From Cenarchaeum sp. (GTDB taxonomy: Archaea; Thermoproteota; Nitrososphaeria; Nitrososphaerales; Nitrosopumilaceae): a stretch of 64,000 bases of DNA. The stretch lies in NCBI GenBank assembly GCA_963692915.1, contig OY843584.1, positions 576,001 to 640,000 of the forward strand, in the 5' to 3' direction. Below are positions 1-8,764 of the stretch, piece after piece. Position 1 is the stretch's first letter. The number at the start of each line of letters is the position of its first letter. The position numbers and the translations under genes are program-made. The notes under the pieces were generated by a model, which was not told the origin of the DNA, ran no database searches, and worked only from the letters and a program-made list of their open reading frames with translations.

Positions 1-904
1 CGTCACTGCCGGCCACGATATTGACCTCCTTTGCATAGTATGGGAGGTGCACCTTGCCGGACTCGGAGACGAGGATCATGCCGTCAGGCGTGTTCGTCCA
101 CGTGCCCTCGGGGTAAAAGTGGTTTGCCTCCAGCTCTGCAGGTACCGTGTACGTCACGTCCTGCATGGGTTCAAAGCCCTCGGGGCTGCCGAGCTGGTTT
201 CGCCCGTACGCAAACGCATACCCAAAGTAGAGCTCGCGCGTGCGCCCCTCGTTCTCGTACTCGGCAATGTCCACGGTGCCCATGTCGGCCATGGGGGACA
301 TGCCGCGCGCCTCGGCGCGCTCGGCGAGGAGTGCCTGGATCACGCGCTCGGTGTTCTCATAGTCGCCCTCGCCGATGTGGTCATACCTGATATTGCCTTC
401 GTGGTCTGCGATGTACTTGCGTGGCCAGTACCTGTTCTCAAAGGCCTTCCACGTCTCCATCTCGTTGTCCATCACCACGGGGTACGTGATCCCGTGCTTT
501 TGCACGGCACGCTCGACATTTGCGATCTCTTTTTCAAACTCAAACTCTGGCGAGTGAACCCCGATGATGAGGAGGCCTTCATCGGCATACCTCTCGTCCC
601 ATGACGTGATGTACGGGAGCGTGCGTATGCAGTTTATGCAAGAGTATGTCCAGATGTCATAAAGGACGACATTGTCATCAATCTCCTCGGCGAGGGCCTC
701 GGGTGTCGTGTTGATATAGTGCGCAATGCCGACTAGGTCTGGTGCGGGGTTGTCCGGCCTTGCCGGAACCGATGCGGGCGCCTCGCCGTCGAGTTGCTGC
801 TGGACAACGGCCTCATCGAGCGTCGAGAGCGCAATGCCGAGGGCCGCGACGCCAACGGCAATTATTGCGCCAAACACTATTGCGGTCTTTATGTTTGCGT
901 CCAT
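1..904 (-). CDS. DipZ-like membrane-anchored thioredoxin/redoxin (runs off window start)
   Basis: Manual translation MDANIKTAIVFGAIIAVG...YDIWTYSCINCIRTLPY...IIGVHSPEFEFEK: CxxC redoxin motif and N-terminal TM; follows ccdA; absent from ORF track because it is open at the edge. Confidence 0.85.
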   Translation of the reverse strand, partial: MDANIKTAIVFGAIIAVGVAALGIALSTLDEAVVQQQLDGEAPASVPARPDNPAPDLVGIAHYINTTPEALAEEIDDNVVLYDIWTYSCINCIRTLPYITSWDERYADEGLLIIGVHSPEFEFEKEIANVERAVQKHGITYPVVMDNEMETWKAFENRYWPRKYIADHEGNIRYDHIGEGDYENTERVIQALLAERAEARGMSPMADMGTVDIAEYENEGRTRELYFGYAFAYGRNQLGSPEGFEPMQDVTYTVPAELEANHFYPEGTWTNTPDGMILVSESGKVHLPYYAKEVNIVAGSD

Positions 905-911
905 CCGTCAT

Positions 912-1643
912 TCACCCGAGTAGCACCAGCTCGTTTAGGAGCGGAAAGTTTGCAATGTATGCGAGCTGGCCGGTCAGGACAAGGACGCCGAGCGCAATGA
1001 TCATGACCCCGAGGGCTACTGAATAGTAGCGCAGGTGGCGGCTCATTGCGCGCACAATTGGCGTCGCGCGCGAAAAGAACGCGCCCATTAGGAGAAACGG
1101 TATGCCCAGGCCCAGCGAGTACGCCAGGAGCAGGCTAAATGACGCAGACGGCGTTGTTGCGGCAAGCGTCAGGATCGTTCCCAGGACGGGGCCGACGCAT
1201 GGCGTCCAGCCGGCTGCAAACGCGAGGCCAAAGACAAACGACATTGGCAGGCTTGCGCGACCCCCCTTTGGCAAGAACTTTTTCTCGAGGTTTAGCGATG
1301 CGCACTTTGTCGAGATGAGCATAAATGCGCCAAAGCCGATTATGATGATTCCGCCGACATAGTTTAGCGTGCCGGCGAGCTCGGCGGCCGACTCGGAGAG
1401 GACGCTGTTTATGAGGACGCCGAGTGACGAGAACACGACTGAAAAGCCGAGCACAAAGAACACCGTGTTGAGCATTACGCCTGTCCTGTTTATGGTCTGC
1501 GTGGACGAGCCCCTCTGCGCGAGCTCTGTGACTGTCGTGCCCGATATGTATGCCAGGAATGCCGGTATCATGGGCAGTATGCATGGGGCGACAAAGGAGC
1601 CCACGCCGGCGAGGGCCGCTATGGCGATGTTAATCTCGGCCAA
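912..1643 (-). CDS. ccdA: Cytochrome c biogenesis / thiol-disulfide transporter CcdA
   Basis: SFVAPCILP and GWTPCVGP motifs, multiple TM helices. Confidence 0.92.
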   Translation of the reverse strand: MAEINIAIAALAGVGSFVAPCILPMIPAFLAYISGTTVTELAQRGSSTQTINRTGVMLNTVFFVLGFSVVFSSLGVLINSVLSESAAELAGTLNYVGGIIIIGFGAFMLISTKCASLNLEKKFLPKGGRASLPMSFVFGLAFAAGWTPCVGPVLGTILTLAATTPSASFSLLLAYSLGLGIPFLLMGAFFSRATPIVRAMSRHLRYYSVALGVMIIALGVLVLTGQLAYIANFPLLNELVLLG

Positions 1644-1741
1644 TGTCCATGCGTAGACGGCTGGCGCTTTAAAGCATTATTCCAGATTTGTTCCACCTCT
1701 GCGCGTTGGATTTTTAAGCGCACGCGTGGGGCGCTTGAGCC

Positions 1742-1849
1742 ATGAACGTGCGCTTTGCCATAGTCGCCGCCGTGCTCGGCACTGCGATCATGGCGGCATT
1801 TCTCATGGGCTCGCCGATGTTTGGCGGCTATGACATGGCGGCCCGCTAG
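1742..1849 (+). CDS. Small single-TM protein (35 aa)
   Basis: MNVRFAIVAAVLGTAIMAAFLMGSPMFGGYDMAAR*; TTTTAAG TATA-like box ~25 bp upstream. Confidence 0.5.
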   Translation: MNVRFAIVAAVLGTAIMAAFLMGSPMFGGYDMAAR

Positions 1850-2982
1850 GATACTCGCATCGCGCGACATGCCCTGCGGACCTCATCGAGGGCATCGCCG
1901 AGCTCGTCCTCATCAGGCCATGCCGTCACGGACAGGCGGATTCTAGCCGAGCCTAGGGCAACGGTGGGATGGCGAACCGCGTGCGCAAAGATGCCGCGCT
2001 CATCTAGCCTCTCTCCGAGGCGAACCGCCTTGCGCTCATCACCAACTATGATGGGCGCAATGTGCGTGCGCACGCCGTCCCTGCCAAGTCCCATCGAGTC
2101 AAGGCATGAGTGCAGGAGGCGCGTGTTGCGCGCCAGCCTCCGCCGCCGTGCGGCCTTTGGCTCGGCGACTCTGGCACGGGCGTGCGCGATGACCTGCGGT
2201 GGGAGCGCTGACGTGTAGATGAGCGGCCTTGCGCGGTTTGCGCACAGCTCCACTGTGCGCGGACCGGCAGCGACATATCCCCCAAGGGAGCCGATGGCCT
2301 TGCTGAGGCTGCCCGTGTGCACGTCGATGCGCCCCTGAACCCCGAGCATGCTCGCCGTCCCCCCGCCGCGCCTGCCCAGGACAAAGTCCCCATGCGCGTC
2401 ATCCAGGACACTTATTGCGCCGTGCTGCGCTGCAACTTTTGCAATGCCCCGAATGTCAGCGACGTCACCGTCCATGCTAAAGACGCCTTCAGTCACGACA
2501 ATCTTTGCCCTTGCCGGCCGCCGAAGCTCCCTCTCCAGGGCGCCGACGTCATTGTGCGCATAGACTGCAGTGCGCGCACCAGAGAGCCTGCACGCGTCTA
2601 TGACGCTTGCGTGGTTTAGCTCGTCAGAGACTACGACATCGCCCTTTTTTGCAAGCGCGCACACGACGCCAATGTTGGCCATGTACCCTGTCGGAAAGAC
2701 GAGCGAGGCGGCCTGCGAGCGGTGCGAGGCCAGCGACCTCTCCAGTGGCGCGTATCCGGCGGCGTTTCCGGAGAGGAGCCTCGATGAGGACGCGGCTTGC
2801 TCCCAGAGCGCCGCGCCGCCAGACGCGAGGCCCAGATAGTCGTTGGATGAGAGGTTTAGGAGGCGCCTTTTGCCGATGAACACGTACGACCCGTCAGCCC
2901 TTGCCGTGCGAAGTCTGCGCAGCAGGCCCTGGGCGCGAATGCGGGACAGCTCGCCGGAGGCGAGGGACTCACTTGGCCTCAA
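1846..2982 (-). CDS. bioF: 8-amino-7-oxononanoate synthase
   Basis: SSNDYLGL, DELNHAS, FSMDGD, DDAH, GSLSKA motifs; adjacent to bioB. Confidence 0.92.
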   Translation of the reverse strand: MRPSESLASGELSRIRAQGLLRRLRTARADGSYVFIGKRRLLNLSSNDYLGLASGGAALWEQAASSSRLLSGNAAGYAPLERSLASHRSQAASLVFPTGYMANIGVVCALAKKGDVVVSDELNHASVIDACRLSGARTAVYAHNDVGALERELRRPARAKIVVTEGVFSMDGDVADIRGIAKVAAQHGAISVLDDAHGDFVLGRRGGGTASMLGVQGRIDVHTGSLSKAIGSLGGYVAAGPRTVELCANRARPLIYTSALPPQVIAHARARVAEPKAARRRRLARNTRLLHSCLDSMGLGRDGVRTHIAPIIVGDERKAVRLGERLDERGIFAHAVRHPTVALGSARIRLSVTAWPDEDELGDALDEVRRACRAMRVS

Positions 2983-3940
2983 GGCCGATGCGCCTGATCA
3001 TCGCCGCGTCCTCCTCGGCACGCCGTCCGCCAGTGGTCAGGTATCCGGCAGTTATTATCGCGTTGGCGCCCCCGCGCAGTATGGACTCACCGGCGTCATC
3101 CAGCGCCTTTTCGCGTCCGCCTGAAACCCTCACTGTCGCGTGGGGGACGAGGAAGCGCATTAGCGCAAAGGTGCGCTCGGCCTCGCCGTCAGGAAGCGGC
3201 TCCTGGAGCTCAAGCGGGGTGCCGGGCATGGGCGTGAGGATGTTTATCGTGACCTCCTCGGGTGCCACTGATGCGATATCCAGGGCGAGCTCTAGCCTCT
3301 GGGCGCGCGTCTCGCCCATTCCTATTATCCCGCCCGTGCACACGCCGAGGCCTGCCTCGCGCGCGACGTGCAGCGTGTCCATGCGGTCATCATACGTGTG
3401 CGTGGTGCATATCTCGGGAAACTTTGAGCGCGCCGTCTCGAGGTTGTGGTTGTACTTTGCAACGCCAAGTGACTTTAGGCGGCGTGCCCTGGCCGGAGTC
3501 AGGAACCCCAGGCTGCAGTCGACGTCGATTCCGACTGTTCGGTTGATCTCCTCGATGATCTTGCAGACGCGCTCAAAGTCACCAGGCGGCGGCTCGCGCC
3601 AGGCCGCAACAAGGCAGTACGATGACGCCCCGTCATCGCGTGCGCGACGCGCCTGTGCGACAATCTCCTCGCTAGGCGCCAGCGTGTGCGTGCCAATTCC
3701 CGTGTCGTACAATGCCGACTGGGCGCAGAACGTGCAGTCCTCCGAGCACGCGTTTTTCTTGATGTTGGCAAGCTCTTCGACCTCGACTTGAGGGCCGTGG
3801 AGTTCACGCGTTATCCGATCGGCCTCGCGCATGAGGCCTGCAATGTCGCCATAGTCTGCCAGCATGCCCGCCTCATCAGCCGTGATCGGATCGCCGCGCA
3901 CGACCCTGGTGGCCATCGCGCGGAGCCAGTTGCCGTTCAT
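2969..3940 (-). CDS. bioB: Biotin synthase (radical SAM)
   Basis: CSEDCTFC radical-SAM motif, YNHNLET, GGIIGMGET; start trimmed to MNGNWL. Confidence 0.95.
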   Translation of the reverse strand: MNGNWLRAMATRVVRGDPITADEAGMLADYGDIAGLMREADRITRELHGPQVEVEELANIKKNACSEDCTFCAQSALYDTGIGTHTLAPSEEIVAQARRARDDGASSYCLVAAWREPPPGDFERVCKIIEEINRTVGIDVDCSLGFLTPARARRLKSLGVAKYNHNLETARSKFPEICTTHTYDDRMDTLHVAREAGLGVCTGGIIGMGETRAQRLELALDIASVAPEEVTINILTPMPGTPLELQEPLPDGEAERTFALMRFLVPHATVRVSGGREKALDDAGESILRGGANAIITAGYLTTGGRRAEEDAAMIRRIGLEAK

Positions 3941-4102
3941 CACCGGCCACTTCACATGGCGCATTAATAAAACTGGCGAGGCGTGCTGCTGACATGGCAT
4001 TTGTGGACATGTTGGCAGCTTGCTGACTGGGGACATGTTGGCAGCAGACGGGGTCACATTGTGCCATCATATGGCCCAACCGCACACGTTCTAGGGGTGG
4101 TG

Positions 4103-4591
4103 TTATGTGAACGACAAAATGCCCGCATTCGAGAGTTCCATAAACTTGACCACCGCCGTCATGGTCATTATGTAACCGAACAGCAGCATTGAGGTGATGA
4201 TGAGGCTTTTGTTCCTCCGGTGTTTTTTCTTTAGCACTCCGGTGTTGTGGATGATTGCTGCTTTGTATGCTTGTATGATAGAATCATGTATGTGATATTC
4301 TGTGTTCGATTCCACACTGTCAATGTCATGAACCGTGAGATCGCCTCCGAGATCTACAGGCTTGTCGGCCAGCATGTTTACGCCTATTCTCATTGGGTAT
4401 GCCACCGCAAACGCCAATGCCAAAACAAAGACGTATGGGCTGCCTATGTCGCTAAACGCATAGGCAAACAGCATCACTGCCACAAACGAGAGGAATATTG
4501 ACGCCTTTATGTCGACATGCTGGCACAGAATTGCCAAAAGCACATTGTGCTGTTGCATGATCGATATGTTGCCAATCCTGTCATTTGTCAA
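4103..4591 (-). CDS. 3-TM membrane protein, PycTM/DUF5706-like
   Basis: DIKASIFL followed by two TMs, a soluble linker, N-x-x-VL-KKK and a C-terminal TM; lower GC than backbone. Confidence 0.45.
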   Translation of the reverse strand: MTNDRIGNISIMQQHNVLLAILCQHVDIKASIFLSFVAVMLFAYAFSDIGSPYVFVLALAFAVAYPMRIGVNMLADKPVDLGGDLTVHDIDSVESNTEYHIHDSIIQAYKAAIIHNTGVLKKKHRRNKSLIITSMLLFGYIMTMTAVVKFMELSNAGILSFT

Positions 4592-4829
4592 CCTCTTTCA
4601 CGTCCTTTTTATGGCAGTCGCACCCTTCAAATTTACACACCTCGGGCTCCACACTGTCAAAGTCCACCCGGCCGCCAAACTCCATGACGCTATGAACTAT
4701 GCCGACGCGGCCTCCGAACATCCACTGGGTGTTGGCCTCCCTGTCCTCCCTGTTCATCCTTTCCATCTCCTCCTCGGTCGGATCCAGCAAGGCAATCTTT
4801 CTGAACAGGCGGTATAGCCGATCGCGCAT
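4581..4829 (-). CDS. Small hypothetical protein, copy 2 (82 aa, C-x4-C-x-C near C-terminus)
   Basis: Paralog of 4947..5195; TATATA box upstream; stop overlaps start of 4103..4591. Confidence 0.7.
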   Translation of the reverse strand: MRDRLYRLFRKIALLDPTEEEMERMNREDREANTQWMFGGRVGIVHSVMEFGGRVDFDSVEPEVCKFEGCDCHKKDVKEVDK

Positions 4830-4946
4830 GGGGCAGGCCGGACGCGTCGCCCTATATATTAAAATCGCCGATATGGCGCGCTTTTTGCGCATGGCTCAGC
4901 GTCACGCGCGCCGTGCTGCTGCATGGCAGACACGTGGCCAATCCTG

Positions 4947-5195
4947 TCATTTACCATACCTGTCCCCGATCCTGTTCTTGCAGTCACATCCGTCAACATT
5001 GCAGCCGTACTTGGCATACTCATCAACATCTATTCTAGCGCCAAACTCCATAAAATGGTGAACTATTCCTACGCGACCCCCAAGTATCCACACGGTGTTG
5101 GCTTCCATGTCCTCCCTGTTCATCCTTTCCATCTCCTCCTCGGTAGGCCCCAGCAAGGCAACCTTCCTGAACAGGCGGTACAGCCGATCGCGCAT
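4947..5195 (-). CDS. Small hypothetical protein, copy 1 (82 aa)
   Basis: MRDRLYRLFRK...MERMNRED...GGRVGIVH...CNVDGCDC; paralog of 4581..4829. Confidence 0.7.
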   Translation of the reverse strand: MRDRLYRLFRKVALLGPTEEEMERMNREDMEANTVWILGGRVGIVHHFMEFGARIDVDEYAKYGCNVDGCDCKNRIGDRYGK

Positions 5196-5243
5196 GGGGC
5201 AGGCCGGACGTGCTGCCCCATATATGCAAATCGCCGTTATGAT

Positions 5244-6644
5244 CTATTTCTTGCGCACGGTGTGCCCTTGTGGACGTCGACGCGCGCCATGGCCCGGCGA
5301 TGCCGAAGAGTCGGCCATCCTGCGTGCCGCGGCGGCTATGGTCTCGGCGGCTGCCTCGCAGAGAGTGTCGAGCTGCGTGGCCGGCATTGCCAGCGGCGGG
5401 ACGATCATGACAATGTTGCCAAGCGTGCGCAGGTATATGCCGTGCCTCTTTCCCTCCTCGTAGACGATGCGGTTTATCGAGCGGCTCGGCGTGGGCGCCC
5501 TTTTCGTGCGCGCGTCCCGGACCAGCTCGACTCCCATGACCATGCCGCTATGTCTGACGTCACCGACCATGGGCAGCGTGGCCATCCTGTCGGCAAACGA
5601 GTCCAGTACGCGCGATGTCTTGCGTATGCGCTCAAGCAGGCGGTGTCGCCTGTACAGGCGAATGTTTTCGAGCGCAACGGCGGCCGCAATGGGGTTTCCG
5701 GTGTACGTGTGGCCATGAAACAGGTGGCGTTCCTCGGCATACTCGCCAAGAAACGAGTCGTGAACCTTGCGTGTCGCAAGCGTTGCGCCAAGCGTCACAT
5801 ACCCGCCGGTGAGCATCTTGCCAAATGACACAATGTCAGGCCTAGAGCCCTGCGAGGTGTACTCGGCCATCGATCCGAGACGGCCAAACCCCGTGGCAAC
5901 CTCGTCGAGCACGAGTAGCGCGCCATGCCTGCGGCATGCCCTTGCGATCCCACGCTGGTATCCGCGCGGGTATATGCGCACGCCTCCGGCCATCTGTGCG
6001 CCGCTCTCCATGATTAGCGCGGCGACATCCCCGCGCGCGAGCCGGCGCTCGGCGGCCTCGATGCACTGCGATGCATCATCGTCCGGATCGCATGAGCTGT
6101 GGTACGCGTCAGGTGCTGCAATGCGCGAGACGCCAAAGAGGCGTCCCTTGAAGCGTGAAAAGAACTGTGCCGAGTACCCGATCGACATTGCGCCAAACGT
6201 GTCCCCGTGGTATCCGCCCTCGAGTGCCACGATCGCCGACCTGGCGCGTTCGCCGGCGTTCTGCCAGTGCTGGAGGGCAATCTTTGTGGCGACCTCCATC
6301 GCCGTCGAGCCATTGTCCGAATAGAACACGTGGGACATTCCTGGCGCGATGCTGACAAGCTCCTCGGCGAGGCGTTCAGCCGGCTCGTGCGTCAGGTTGA
6401 AGAGCGGTGAGTGGGCAAGCGTGGTGGCCTGACGCGACATTGCGCGCACTAGCTCGCGGCGCGAGTGGCCCCACACATTGCACCACATTGACGCGACCCC
6501 GTCAAGCAGGCGCGTTCCGTCAGCGCAAACGAGGCTCATCCCGTCCCCGCGGACTATCTCATCAAAGGCGGCCCACTCGCGCATCTGCGTGTTTGGGTGC
6601 CATACACGAGTAGTGTGTTTATTATGGGTTTTATCATTAGTCAT
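5244..6644 (-). CDS. bioA: Adenosylmethionine-8-amino-7-oxononanoate aminotransferase
   Basis: WHPNTQM, DGVASMW, SDNGSTAME, YHGDT, DEVATGFGR, GHTYTGNP. Confidence 0.95.
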   Translation of the reverse strand: MTNDKTHNKHTTRVWHPNTQMREWAAFDEIVRGDGMSLVCADGTRLLDGVASMWCNVWGHSRRELVRAMSRQATTLAHSPLFNLTHEPAERLAEELVSIAPGMSHVFYSDNGSTAMEVATKIALQHWQNAGERARSAIVALEGGYHGDTFGAMSIGYSAQFFSRFKGRLFGVSRIAAPDAYHSSCDPDDDASQCIEAAERRLARGDVAALIMESGAQMAGGVRIYPRGYQRGIARACRRHGALLVLDEVATGFGRLGSMAEYTSQGSRPDIVSFGKMLTGGYVTLGATLATRKVHDSFLGEYAEERHLFHGHTYTGNPIAAAVALENIRLYRRHRLLERIRKTSRVLDSFADRMATLPMVGDVRHSGMVMGVELVRDARTKRAPTPSRSINRIVYEEGKRHGIYLRTLGNIVMIVPPLAMPATQLDTLCEAAAETIAAAARRMADSSASPGHGARRRPQGHTVRKK

Positions 6645-6681
6645 GTCGGACTTAATAAAATTGAGGACGCATTTATCTTCG

Positions 6682-7062
6682 TCAATGATTGTTATTTAAA
6701 TATTCAAATGATTTTGTACTTAGCTTTCTTATGCCGCCGACCAGATAATTTGACCACGCTGTCTTGTTTTTTATAAAATCAAGTTCCATCAAAACATCAG
6801 TTATAACTATGTGTTTCTTCCAAAGATCTATATCTTTTAAGGTTATTTTAAAATCATCTTTGTGATTTTGCAGTTGGCTTCCGATTTTTGCTGAACCGAT
6901 AAATCGTTTTCCATTTTTGCCAGCTTTATAAAATACCACGCGATCATCAATCTCTATATTGTTGCGGTTGGATGTGTTTTTGTATATTGGCCATGTTTTA
7001 GCTTGAACCCTTTCGTGGAACGTTTCCATGGTGTCGTTTATGACTAATATCCACTCGGCCAT
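6682..7062 (-). CDS. Stand-alone EVE (PUA-like) domain protein
   Basis: W at N-terminus, I-x-x-D-D-RVVFY, FIGSAKI, LDFIKNK-x-x-WS-x-YL-x-GG: typical EVE pattern; AT-rich. Confidence 0.75.
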   Translation of the reverse strand: MAEWILVINDTMETFHERVQAKTWPIYKNTSNRNNIEIDDRVVFYKAGKNGKRFIGSAKIGSQLQNHKDDFKITLKDIDLWKKHIVITDVLMELDFIKNKTAWSNYLVGGIRKLSTKSFEYLNNNH

Positions 7063-7099
7063 TGTTCCGCCACATTTATCAGGTCGTATAAATATCCAT

Positions 7100-7765
7100 C
7101 TGTGTACCCCAAGACGAGGCCTCGCCAGGATCTGACGCATGACTCCCACAGCTACATCAGTCTCGTGGCCTTCCACGTCAAGACACACGTCAAGACACAC
7201 GTCAAGACACACGTCAAGACACACGTCAAGACACACGTCAAGACACACGTCAAGACACACGTCAAGACACACGTCAAGACACACGTCAAGACACACGTCA
7301 AGACACACGTCAAGACACACGTCAAGACACACGTCAAGACGGTTGACATGCCTCTAGTCCGGGCCGTGCGTCTGCCCTTGATCTGATCGCCGGTCTTACG
7401 CGTCATGGCCTGTCTCGCAGCACCTATTCGGTCGCGCTGTCGATGGGTTCGATGACGACGTGTTCGCGAAAATCGAGATGGCAGTGCTACCCTTCGGGAT
7501 CTAATCATGGAACGCGTCAGCTCTGCATTTATGCCATCGTCGCGTTAATCCCACAGGGACACCAGTGTTTCCCCATCGCGCACTATCTCTTGCCACTGTA
7601 CGATGTTGGCATCCCTTCCCCTACCGTGTGGCACAGTTCAGTGGGGCATGCGTGCAACGTGTGCAGAGCTCCGCAGCTGACCTGGGAGCGCGCCTCGCGC
7701 CAAAAAGCCATCTGCGACACGTACATCTCTCTGGCTATTGGCATCGCGGTTCCGGGAGAGCGCAC
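7100..7765 (-). pseudogene. Possible decayed FkbM-family methyltransferase
   Basis: Collapsing the repeat gives RLDVEGHETDVAVGVMRQIL (like FkbM xxDVEGxExxVxxGM); upstream fragments IAREMYV and DANI; several stops and frameshifts. Confidence 0.3.
7174..7340. repeat. Perfect 12-bp tandem repeat (CACGTCAAGACA) x ~13.9
   Basis: Directly visible; no spacers. Confidence 0.98.
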
Positions 7766-7822
7766 ATGGTGTGGCTGTTCAAGCTACAAACACTAAAATG
7801 GCATTCTATGTTTTTTGCACAT

Positions 7823-8764
7823 TTATCTACGTTGAATTAACTCCATCACTGCAGCCATGTCTAATCGTCGCTCTGGCGACATGTGTTTTACTGCATGATC
7901 TGGAACTATGTTTTTAAAAGCAGTGATATCCAATCGCAAATTGTTATACGCGTCTTTGAGTTCTGGTAAAAATCTGACGGGGTACAATGTTGTTTTTAAA
8001 TGATCTACACTTTGTTCTTGAGATATTTTATAGGTCATACCTCCCTTATCATTATGATCGTTAATCCATGATCGTATGCGATCAACAATCCTACTCCCAC
8101 GCGTTGGTGTTTTTTTATCTTTTCCTGAATACTGTTGTAAATTTAAAAGCATATACAAGTATGCAAAATCGCTGATTACAAAAACATCCAAAGTGTTATT
8201 TTTATCTAATCTAGAAGTACGAGCGAGCGTTTTCCATACTCCGTGCAATATGAATCCACGTTGTGCATTATCTGAGTTTTCGATTGCTTTTTGGAGTGTA
8301 TCGCGTGTTATAGGAATCATATCAAACAATGATGGATGTCGGTGTACCAACCGCTCAGCTAAAGAAAATTGTGTGTTTTGTCGAAATATCATCTCTGTCA
8401 CCTGTTTGGTCGAGTGTGTTGGAACAACCGTGAGTTTTGTTTCCATTTCTAACAGTTCCACATTTCCAAGAGACGGTACAACGTCCATTGGTGGACCATT
8501 CACACTTTTTTTAAATATTTTTGGGGCTTTTTCTCTATTCCAAGTTATGTCAGATAATTCATCGTGATTGATCTGGAGCATTTCGCTAAACTTAATTGTT
8601 GTTAGGTCGAGTTGTGCATTGGCGATTCTCAAATAATTTAGTGGTATATCGTTGTCTTCCATGTATATGGAAGCAGATATGGGTAAAAACGTGGGAAATA
8701 TATTTTTAGTTACTAGGGATTTTTTTAGATTTGTTTTATGTATGCCATATAGTGTGTTAGTTAT
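7823..8764 (-). CDS. HindVP-like type II restriction endonuclease (probable ATA start at 8764; first ATG at 8662)
   Basis: ETKLTVVP, WKT...LDVFVISD motifs; open frame extends to LYGIHKTN...KNIFPTFLP, resembling the family N-terminus; directly downstream of a C5-MTase. Confidence 0.7.
   Translation of the reverse strand: MTNTLYGIHKTNLKKSLVTKNIFPTFLPISASIYMEDNDIPLNYLRIANAQLDLTTIKFSEMLQINHDELSDITWNREKAPKIFKKSVNGPPMDVVPSLGNVELLEMETKLTVVPTHSTKQVTEMIFRQNTQFSLAERLVHRHPSLFDMIPITRDTLQKAIENSDNAQRGFILHGVWKTLARTSRLDKNNTLDVFVISDFAYLYMLLNLQQYSGKDKKTPTRGSRIVDRIRSWINDHNDKGGMTYKISQEQSVDHLKTTLYPVRFLPELKDAYNNLRLDITAFKNIVPDHAVKHMSPERRLDMAAVMELIQRR

Larger units (their letters stand above)
4545..5292. repeat. 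Diverged tandem duplication, period ~366 bp
   Basis: Shared promoter, ORF and start of the downstream gene in both units; boundaries approximate. Confidence 0.85.

Noticed and set aside
3990-4050. 15-bp direct repeat GGACATGTTGGCAGC upstream of bioB
   Set aside because: Only two copies; cannot distinguish an operator or insertion scar from local slippage
6682-7332. 216-aa (CLDV)n-EVE fusion protein
   Set aside because: The start is a GTG inside the repeat. EVE has its own ATG at 7062 with an AT-rich upstream box, and composition changes sharply near 7100
7174-7340. CRISPR array
   Set aside because: Head-to-tail 12-mers with no spacers; no cas genes
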